A stretch of 64,000 nt of DNA from positions 1-64,000 of the forward strand of contig JBFLGF010000029.1 in assembly GCA_050230475.1 (NCBI GenBank), in the 5' to 3' direction. The notes under the pieces are model-generated. The model saw only the letters and a list, made by a program, of their open reading frames with translations. It had not been told where the DNA came from and did no database searches. A program made the translations under genes and the position numbers. Source of the DNA: Ancylonema sp. Its lineage: Eukaryota. Below are positions 53,549 to 64,000 of this stretch, piece by piece. Numbering within the stretch: position 1 is the stretch's first letter; every line of letters begins with the position of its first letter.

Positions 53549-54240
53549 CGTAGTTGAGTACGGGCGCGTCCTGGGATCTCCGGACCCGGACGCGTCCGAG
53601 ACGCGTCACGGACTTGGCCACTCCCACGAGAAATAGACAACACCAAAAATGATTGGTAAAAGGCTTTTTATTCCTATGTAATTCCCGCTTAAGGGGCGGA
53701 ATGCAATGATCCCCTAGCAAACTAAGTCGCAAAAGCACATACAAGATGATGGCAAATTGAGCCGATAGGATAGTGGCTAATGAGCCAATGGTCAAATGGT
53801 TCCGTTTGTATGGCAGGGCACAACACGTGCGAGTACATGAATCGATAGGAATGCTTTAGGGGCATTCCTACCGATTAGATATAGGAAAGTCGGCCCTAGC
53901 CAACTCTAGGAACAATGTGGGATAACTCACTCGGAATGTACTAATTACACATCAACTCTGGATAAAGGCACAACTCCCATGGCTAAGGAGATATCAGATT
54001 ACTCCCTAGGGGCCAGGCGGCCGCTAGGGACACAAGTCTCACTATAAAGGGGGGAAACTCGCTATAGGGAAATATGCTCTACTAGCGCTCTAGCGCTAAG
54101 TGTGGGTACCTCGCTAGGGAGCCCTAGTGACTCTAGTGAGGGTCCTAACACACACCCCCAACCCCCCGCCTTGTCGGCCCAGGACGCGTCCGGGAAACTT
54201 TTGACGCGTCCCGGACGAGTGCGTTTGGTACACAACTATG
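53549..54240. mobile_element. GGACGCGTCC-type MITE interrupted by an LTR-like segment (~53604-54150)
   Basis: TIR C(G/A)TAGTTG(A/T)GTAC. The insert ends GGTCCTAACA, like the solo LTR at 44861 and the relic ending at 1660. Confidence 0.55.
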
Positions 54241-57200
54241 ATTTTCGAAATAATGACCCAATTTTACCAGATTCTGGAATTTAATGCGTGACCCACCCCC
54301 AAAACAATTTGACCATTTTCATAATTATTTGAGGGTCATTTACTTTGGCCACTACCAGAGTTGAACCCAATCCGGTCGGGAAATTTCCGATCCCGCACCG
54401 ATCCGGATCGGAGACGCCGCACATTAGGTGACGAACATATAACGAACATATAAAAATTTATATGCTCTTATTGTGGCGTAAGACCACCCAAAACGAATAC
54501 CGAAAACTTTTGTTTACTTTTGCTTTTCTTCGTTGGGCCCTATCGGATCGGGAGATCTCCGATCCTGCGCCGATCCGGAACATGGAAAGAGATGGATCGG
54601 GATCACCTATGGGTTGTACGATAGGCAAACACAATGATCGCCACCCAAGACGATACTTCATTGTATGACCCTCAATTGTGTGTAATTTAATGTAGTTTTT
54701 CATACTTGCGCCCACGGTAGCACAATGCGCACCATACGATGAGTTATCATACGTTAAATCAGCTTATGAGCGATAAAATACGATACAAATCTAAACCGTA
54801 TCATTTTCGGTATGATACGACAAATGTATACGAAGAATCCAACTACTCTGCAATGTTGTTCGATTTCTACGTCGTTTCAATTTATAATGATTCGTCTAAA
54901 TGACTTTCGCTCATTTTTAAGTCCAGATTTTAAAATGACCTCGAATGCGACCTTCATTTTTCGACAGACCTCTTAGTTTACATTTTTCATATCATAGAGT
55001 TCTCGCAATCTCAATATCTCTCCATCCTACCGTTCAAATTGCGGAAAATAATAGGAAAATAATATGCGATTATCATCTTCATTTAACCATATAAGTTAGC
55101 ACTCAAAGAAGTTTGGAAGTTTGGATATGTTAATTTTTCTTTGTTCCACCACGTCTTCATGATAGAACTTGTTGTTCCATTTGACGGCCATGCCTTAGAA
55201 TATCATGCCGAGCACGTAGTGTGCGTCGAAAGGAAAGGACTTGGAGGCTGTTCATAACGTATTATTCCATTTTGACAAACGGATACATATTTTCGAGAAG
55301 GAACTTGTGAGGTATTCTATTTTAACTTTGGAAGACGCTGTCGAGTGAGAGGCCTTGGGGTGATTAAATTGACGTGAGTCATACACGTGCAACACGTAAC
55401 TTGTACGAGATAACGTACATATATTTGTTGAGCATAAGCTGGTTCTCATATATGCATATGTTTTTAAGATTAAACATTCAATTATTCATGTGATTTACAA
55501 ATCTAATAAACCTTGACGGGTCTACACAATGACCAATCCGCAAATGGAAAAAAATGAAGCTAGACGAATTCATACATTTCGTAACAGTTATCAAAAAAAA
55601 AAAAAAAAGAAGAGTAGCATCATTGGCGAATGAAATAGTCGCGCACCATCAATTCTTCTACACGATTGCACATTTAATAACATCTCATGCGTCTTATATG
55701 ATTCTCATGGTCAAATTAATATCATGCCTTTGTTTGGTTGTTAAACGAGTTATTCATGGCCACCCAAGTATACGGTTGTGTCGGATGAGTTCGGGGCCTA
55801 AATCTCTGAAAAAATGCATATATTTACAATACGCGTATTTTCAATCCACCCGAATTTTCAAGACGCTAAGTACGGCGAATTGTGACCGCACCGTATGGTT
55901 AGTGTGTTGCGCATTGTGCAAAGTTAATCCCGATCCGATTGGGGAGTTTATGATCCCGCGCCGATCCGGATGAAGTCCGACCCGGCGCTGATCCGGTTTG
56001 GAGGCGCCGAATATAAGGTGAAAACCAACGAGAAAGAAAATTCCATACACAATTATTTGGTTTTTATAAAGGGTGAGTTCGTTATGTTGGGACGAGATCT
56101 CGGTTGGAATCAGCCCAATCTGATATTCCCGCGCTCTGAGGTCCAATTCGGGTAGTTTTTTTAACATGCATGATAAAAAATGCAACGTATCGAAGATAGT
56201 GAGCTTGTTTAGGAGGTTTCCTCACGATACGTTCACGTCATAGAGCTCTCCGTACGCGATAGGTGAGAACGTGCCCGTTTTATGATATTGTTTGACATGT
56301 TTCGTACGTTTTCATATGACTCTCCTTAGCTTAGGAGATCCGTGATTTTTTCCTAGCTAAGATTTTGTTTGGAGATAGGGGACGCGTTACCAATGCTATC
56401 GCAAGGGAGATTATTTTTCATTGTGGTAAGATTTTTTTGGTACGTCATGAATTGTCGTATCCGCCTTCTTCCCTTTTTTCTGTGGGCTCAACCAGCGTGG
56501 ACCGTTCCGAGGATTCACGTCGTGCCCGTTCGCACTGTCGATTCACTAAATTTGAAAAATCTTGCTTGCGCGCGGGAAGAAGTCGACACCATGTTTATTG
56601 TCATGTAAGCGGATACCCATATGATTGAAGGTATGCATCCGTGACGACGATCACATGAGGAGTGTTACATTCTTGCGACACGAAGTCCTTACTATCGAAT
56701 AAAAATGTGCGGTACGTGCGGGGACCCGTGAAAAAATCATAACGTAAAGATTCTTCATAAAACACCGATTGTAACGTAACGTGTTGCTTTTTTGTTTTTT
56801 TTCAAACCCTTGGTGGGCCCAATCCCATCAAAATATCTCCATCCCAAGACAACCCGGATCGGGTCCGGTTCATAGTTGGTCATACTACCCATAGTTCATA
56901 GTTGGTCCGTAAGCAGGCAATTTTGGGAGCCGTCTCGGATCCGGCTCGCGCGCGAGCTAGCTGGGAGCCGGGCTCGCAAAATCCGCGAGCGGAGCGGGAC
57001 GCAAAGGTGGGAGGGGGGGGAACTTCATTGAGCCTAAAAATGAGTGCATATGAATGTTCCACACAAAGTTTTGAAAAGCAGTGAAAGTAACCTTAGATAA
57101 AAAGTTATAAGTCGTATATAGTACCTTTGGCATGGCGCTTTGTGGTCTGTCAATGAAACGACCAAGGAATAACAAATAAATATTAACTGTCAATGTTTCG

Positions 57201-58843
57201 TGTACAAAATTGTGGGCAATTGATTCGTATTACGGATTCCTAAGTAGGGAGTATTATTCGCTATGTTTGGGACGTACTGCCCATAGTAACTACCGACTTG
57301 GTAGGGGAGGATTTGTACATAGTCGCATTTCGATGTTTCCTTTTTGCAAGGCGGGTCGCGGCTGCGAGCCGGCTCGGATCCACGGTTCGAAGCCGGGCTT
57401 GCTAAATCCGCGAGTGGAGTGGGACCATAGTTGCATATACATGCAAGCTTTTTCTTTCGGACCGTAGTCGGACTGGGTCCGTAGTCAACCCTGGTCGAAC
57501 CGGGGATATTTTAGGGTTGTTACTTTTCGTGGCAATACTCGGGGGGGGGAATGGACCTCTCGGGGATTCACCAAAGTGGACATTTTATGATATTTTGGCA
57601 CAATGCACAAGTCAAAATGAAAAATAAAACACATTTATGATTTTGTGCACGGCAAACCTTTCTAAATCCCAAAAGAGAAATCGAAATAATCCAACTCCCG
57701 CTAGTCCGGTTATTTGGCCTAGAAGGATGGACCTCGATCCAGAATCGGGAATTCAAAATATTGGTCCGCTGGTTCATGTAGATACTTGCGGCGTCCATCC
57801 GGATCCGGTCTAGGGGCTGAGAACGGGTAGGGACCAACTGTGGAGTTGTGCATCACGGCTTACACCCAATCCGATTGTAAAATCTGAAATTTTGCATCCA
57901 CCAGACCAAAATCCGGTTCAAATGTGATCAGGTAGATTCCACAATTGGGTCCCGAACTTCCATGTCTTGTCCGGGACGAGTCCCGGCCGTCTCCAGGCTC
58001 AGGCAAGGCCCGGACACGTCTCGGGCCAACAATGGTAAGTTCAAATTGGCTTCAAACCGGATTGGGGATTAGGCACGACTTCGGTGTAGATATAAGCGAA
58101 AAATGAACAATGACTCCTGAGTTTGGTTCGGCGAAATAATTGGTATTTCTAACAATCAACAATTGGATAAAAAAATCCTTCTCCTTGAGCATTTTGTTCC
58201 CCAAGTACTTGACCCCCAAAAACGCATATATCCTAGGCGTTAGAGGTGGTCAGTCTAGTATCCCGCTTTGACCACTCCCCCCCTAAACAGGACCACAATG
58301 AAAACTCTTGTCGGGATTGCAGTCAATCTGGGTCCCATACTCGGACCCGGACAGACTGCGGTTAAATTGAAAGGATGGTGCCACTATGTAACTATGTACG
58401 ATGTGGTGATGGAGGCTGCAAAAGTTTGTGCATCTGGGAAACTATCAAAGGCACATCATCTGAGGTTAGCCACCCCAGACCATTCCGAACACCTCCCATT
58501 TCAAAGGCACTCTTTCCAGACCTCCCGTGAGGCTCCCAATCTTTTAAATATATTTGCAGCATAGCAAACAGTGGCAGAAATAAGGCGACTGTAGTGGGAG
58601 GGTGTGATGGGTGATGGAGAAGAAGTGTTGTACCATCGTAAGCTTCATATCAGGAATGGATGTCGAAAATGAAGGCAGCCATGAGGCGGTAAGTTTAAAG
58701 TTAAAAAGCATGAATGACAAGACCATCTGGGAGAAACCATTACATAGACCCAGGTATTAAAGTTCGTGATAAGCAGCTGCATCAAGTCGTGGACCTTTCC
58801 TCTCGGAATACGAGTGTACAACAGAATGATCACTATGATTTCC

Positions 58844-60130
58844 TTAAGTGGCCTTGGCAGCGCTCTTCTCCTTGCTCTACTGAATCTTGAGCACCTTCTT
58901 CACAATCTTCTGCTCCTCGACAAGGAAAGCACGCACAATACTGCAGGCAACCCCTCATACTTGCAGTGTCACCATGTAGTCTAACAGCATCAACCCGTAC
59001 ATGCTTGATTAGAATGTGTTCACTTTCGTGTACACATGCTGATCGCTTGTCTTAACAAGAGCCTCAGTGTATAAGTTGCGAATATCCAGCAAGGCGTTTG
59101 CAAGCGGCAACCATCTCATTAAACCAGAGCACCAGCTGCACTTGTCTGTGCCTGCTCGAGACACTAATCTCTCTGTCCCTAATCTATTCCCGTAACGATA
59201 CATACAGTACCGATACAGGACGGTTCAATTACTCGGGAGTGGGAACTCATGTGTCAGAAAAAACCCAAAAAAAACAAAAAACATAATCATTTGCATCCCC
59301 CCCTGCAGCACAAAAACTGGGAATGACTTATTATTTGTACATGATAGCGGTTTTCCATTTTTGACAAAAGGATTCGGTAGGTTATGTAAAGATAGATACT
59401 CACCGCTCACGCACACATGCAGCGCACATGCTTCCGCCATACGCGCGGTTCACAGTCTTCTGGCGACGAGACATCAGGTTTCGGCTGTACTGCGTGGGCC
59501 TCAAGTGGGGGATCTGGCCGGAAGAAACGTAATCATGGGCGTCAGCGGAAACTCCCAGACTGAACAATAATTTTCCACGCAATTATATGATTCTTCGAGT
59601 AGGCTGGCAGGGTCGCCATCAAGTAGCTCACAAAAGCCAAAGCCGTCGAAAGCCACGTGTTTCACAGCTTTTATCATTTGAGGGTGAGAGGGGGTATTGA
59701 AGTTAACTAAGATTCTGCTTACCCCAGGAAGCCTCTTTGGGCACTTGGAGCATCGTGGACCGCTCCCCCTCTTCAAGGTTGTCTGGATGGTAAGCTTGCC
59801 ACCTAGAAATGCCACCGAAATATGGGACGCACATGAGCCCCACACCAGACAATCCTGTACCTTTCTGCCATCGCCCCTACACCAGATCATAAACCCCATT
59901 TTCGCTCCGTTCCTTCCGCATTCAATCCACCCCTCCACATTTTCAAAACCTCTCCAGATATGTATTCCCCACACCGCTGCCGGAATCGGACCATGACCGC
60001 GAAACCCTGGGCCTCGGAGTTAGACTACCCCAAATAATAGCCCTTGCTTACCAGGAGTCCTCAGAACGCGCCTCTGATTGGACCTAGTGGCATAACAGTG
60101 CCGCCTACGGTACGTCAATCGTTCAACCAT
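58844..60130 (-). CDS. RPL34: 60S ribosomal protein L34 (eL34); exons 60130-60052, 59802-59723, 59513-59404, 58940-58877 (first stop TAG; next in-frame stop TAA at 58844-58846)
   Basis: [31 protein letters not shown] and [39 protein letters not shown] introns in phase. Confidence 0.93.
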
Positions 60131-62030
60131 CGTGCCTGCGCGATGCTTGCAAGTGCCGCTGCAGCGCGTGGGGATGAGAGCAGTGGAAGAGGATTTTGAA
60201 GTGACAGAGAGTGGTATTTGGTAAATGCTTTGAGGGTTCAGAGAGCTTCATTCCATCACGGCCAGAAACTTTTTGAATCAAAAAGTCTGGGCAGGATAAA
60301 AGATTTTAATCCTGCCCGAAACAGTCTTTAATTGGCCAACTCCACGATAACGGCCGAACCCGGCCGAATTTCGTTCCCTCTAGCGAAACTGAACTGACCA
60401 ATATTTTCTGAACCCTCAATAGCCTCAAAGTTCCGTCAGCTTCTCGTGGAACCCAGGGGCAATTACAGATGATACTACAAGAGATGATATTAAAGAACGC
60501 ACCGCACGTAGATTTCACTTTGTGTTTCACTTTTTCTCGATTCTTACTTCTTCAGTGATGGAAAAGAAGTTTGAATCTTGGCTATGAGTAAGTTCTGAGT
60601 CCTTTGAAAAGCTGAACAAATATAGCCCTTCAATTTGTGCTGCTAATATGAATTGTCACGTTCGTAGGTGCACTCGCTTTCGGTGATATATATGTAAATT
60701 TAATTTTGCATGGGTTACATGTAATATCTGAATCACTGGAATGGGAGCACAGGAGGAGGCTGGTTCACAAGATTTCTGCGTTGTCAAGCTAAAATACTGA
60801 ATGCCCCCCAGCCAGTCTCAATTATCGATTCGTCTACAGTGCCTCTTGCCCTGGCCAGTGTAAGTTGCAGCCGTCAATTTTATAATGCCAGGAGATTGCT
60901 GGAGTGTCTGTCTGTGGATATGGGGCCGCTTCACACTTTCTCTTTGGTCCTGACATGCCAGTCGGGAGACATGCCCCTAACTCTTTACCGTGATAGTAAA
61001 AATTTTACCTAAATGGTAAAATTTACTATACGGAGTATGAGTTTGGTCGGTTGTTAATCTGGTCACCATCCTACCATCTCTCCACCCGGATCTTCTTCCT
61101 TGACATTATCGCTGATAATGAATTGGTCGGCGCAATACTTACTGTTATATTTGAGATTGAGGCCCATGGCCGCACGGATGCTTGTCCATTAGCCTGTTCT
61201 TGTGCTTGTGTGTGTCTCTGATATGGATGGTTGGTGGCTCTTCGCTCTTGGCTCTTGGTTAGTGTGCCACACACGATGTGCCATTTAGTTTCACGCGGTT
61301 GTTTTTTTCATTTTTTATTTCTTTCTTGGTTGTACTCTTGGCTAGAGTAGTTTGATCATTGTCGCAGTGGTTGCAATAGATACGTTATCTGTAGTGGTTG
61401 GCATTCTTGTGAAGATTTTGGTGTTAGTCGTAATAAGGGTGCACATTTATAGGTGTGCCATAGATGATCATTAGAACAATTTTGTAGTTGCACTAGAGCA
61501 ACCATGGTGAGCAAACATCCCCCCCCCCCCCCCTATTGTGATAGTTCAAAACATTTGGTGGGTGTTTAGGAGGAAAAAAGGCGTTGGTCTTCGAAAACAA
61601 GCAAATTTCATAATTACTATCATTATGAAATCTACTTTCACGTTTGCTTCAAAGTAGTAACGTGCGACAACATTGCGACATGTTGATGATGTGTGACTTT
61701 GATCTACATTATGTGCCTCGATGTCGATTTTATTGTATTAGGGGAAGTTCGATCATTATTCAAAGACTTCAAAAAAATCAATGAGGTGCTTGTCCTTGGA
61801 TGGTCATTCATAATAAATTACCACACACATGCCATGGAAAACATTGATAAGATTTGACGTCTTTGTGGCACACAAAGAATCCCTGAGGCACACGACTCTA
61901 TCGGAAAAAACTGGTTTGGTGCGGTCACGTCCACTATGATACTTGAGGTTCACTTCATGGATGGAAAATGCACACCCATGAATATGGTTGAGTGAACTGG
62001 TTGAGCAAGTTTTGAAGCATGTTGTTGTGG

Positions 62031-62738
62031 CATAGTGGGTCCTGCTCCGCTCGCGGAATTTGAGAGCCGGGCTCCGAGCTGGTGCGCGTCCGCGACCCGC
62101 CTAGCGAAAACGAAACATCGAAATGCAACCAAGTGCAAATCCTCCTCTGCCAAGCAAGTAGTTATTAGTTACCGGTACATTCCGAACATGGTAACCATAT
62201 TCTGATGGTTACTGACAGAGTTTGTGTCCGACGGATCCGGTATTATTTCGTCTACTGGAAGATTATGTCGCGAATCTTTTAGATCTTCTGACATTTCGGG
62301 AATCGGACAAAATCTGGGTGAGGGACGGGGCAGTGAACACTGCTCCGCCGTCAGATGCGGGATTAAAAAAAAAAACGATAGATTTTGTACGACGCGACAA
62401 ACTGAATTTCTGAGTGTCACACATTACGATGGAACATGAGGACAACGATGGTACGGAAATTTACGAAGAACGGGAGACGTACTAAACGTCAGAATTGTAG
62501 CTTGCAAACAACAAAGAGGAATTGCAAACGGGGACGGGATAATGACGGGATACAAAGTGTAATGAAACAGTATTACGCAATCATAATAGTCCACTGCTTA
62601 GCAGAGGATGGGTCTACCATTTTTTTTCCCGTAGGTCCCGCTCCGCTCGCGGATTTTGCGAGCCCGGCTCCGAGCCGGCGCGTGCGCGCTCCGGGTCTGA
62701 GCCGGCGCACACATTTTCCGGCTCGGGTACCCACTATG
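62031..62738. mobile_element. hAT-type MITE (CATAGTGGGT TIR family), copy 3, inverted
   Basis: TIR CATAGTGGGT, reverse-complement match to copies 1 and 2, flanks TGTTGTGG/GTTTGTGG. Confidence 0.82.
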
Positions 62739-63666
62739 GTTTGTGGTAACAATTTGGTATTGACTGCATAGTTACACTAACAGGCAAGATTAGACCGGAC
62801 CGCGATCGGACCGGGTCTACACACGGGACCCCATCGTACCACGGATATTTTAGGGATTTATTTACCCCAGTTGTTTCCGGCGGGAAATGATATGTGGGGA
62901 CATTATGGGTGTTTTGATTTTTACAAATCATTTTATGATATTTTTTATCTTCATAATGTAACTTTGTGCCTTACATGAGCATCATGTCAACATACATATT
63001 AGCATTGAAAAAAAAGAGGCATAATTAATACCATTCCAATTGACCTAAAGCATTTCCTCAAGTAATTTCCTTGGAAATAGGTGAAAATAACGCTATCTAC
63101 TAGGAAGTTTTTTCAGGTTCTCATTACTTATTTGGTATATCATTTTTTTTGAGTCATTTTTGAACGATGTTAAATATTTGCGGGAAAAAAATTATCGGAG
63201 TTTTTTCTCCACGGAAAACTCCTCAATACCCTCGAAACCACATATTACCCTGAATAACCGGCCCAGATTTTATACCTATAAGGAGAGACCTAGGTCCGGA
63301 ACCGTCCAATGAGGCGCCGATCCGGATCAGGTATAGGTTTGGATCGGGCCTAATTATAACCGAAAGTATCAAACTACCACCCCTCGAGCATGTTGGCCTT
63401 AAAGTATGGACCCTAGAACCCGAGTCCCCTCGTCCGTGCAACTATGCGGAACTTCTTACCAACGCTAGATTATAGTCGGGCGCGCACGTGTGCGAGAGTT
63501 TGGCGCACTTGTCGGAAAATGTGCGCATCGTGCACCTCCTGGAAAAATCCAGATTTGAAATTTTGGCTAAGTTAAAAGCCGCCGCTCGTAGTAGTAAGTA
63601 TTATAGGTATGTTTATCTTAAGTATTGTTCCCTAGTTAGGCGCGCACATGTGCGCGGGGCTGAGTG

Positions 63667-64000
63667 TGTGAGAATTGGCTAGAAACTTTGTTGTATTGAG
63701 AATATTCGTTATATCGATTTTGTGGCAACATGCCTACTTGCTATATATTTTAGTAAGTATTCGATAGAACAATACATCCGACAAGGCATGATTACCGAGG
63801 CCAAGTTGCGGCCGCCATAATATTCAATCGGACTCTTTGCAATCAAGACTCGACTCTCTTGTATGGCATGTCGTGAATAAGTTTGATTCTGAAGATTGAA
63901 GCTATTGGTGTAAAGAAGGCATCATGGATGATGGTAGCACTCACAGTGGTATCAGAGCAAGATATACGATCTTGGATGGCGACCGCGGGCCATTTCAGGC
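63667..64000 (+). mobile_element. 5' end of an LTR retrotransposon (LTR 63667-63945, PBS 63947-63958), continuing past the window
   Basis: TGTGAG...CTCACA inverted termini followed by the tRNA-iMet PBS TGGTATCAGAGC. Confidence 0.75.

Noticed and set aside
58877..58879. TAG reassigned to Gln (alternative nuclear code)
   Set aside because: CYC1, RPL8 and Bin3 terminate at TAG at expected positions, and no other in-frame TAG/TAA appeared in the reconstructed exons.

Overview
Eukaryotic nuclear DNA from a green plant lineage. The plastid ClpP4 and AAF/OSA15-like genes point to a streptophyte, and the short G-rich introns suggest an alga (inference). Seven intron-containing genes can be reconstructed by hand with GT-AG, phase-compatible junctions: a MEKK/YODA-type MAP3K, plastid ClpP4, an AAF/OSA15-like chloroplast protein, mitochondrial cytochrome c1, RPL8/uL2, a Bin3/MEPCE RNA methyltransferase and RPL34/eL34. 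The intergenic DNA is a dense, nested mosaic of non-autonomous transposons: hAT-type MITEs with 8-bp TSDs, Tc1/mariner-type MITEs with TA TSDs, Harbinger-like MITEs, a decayed Ty1/copia element with both LTRs, and several solo LTRs. Most notable are a 3.6-kb gag-bearing element with split direct repeats (A-internal-B-A-B) flanked by a 7-bp repeat, an in-frame TAG in RPL34, and a speculative Pol III-like structured RNA candidate upstream of ClpP4. Protein identities come from remembered family motifs, not database searches.
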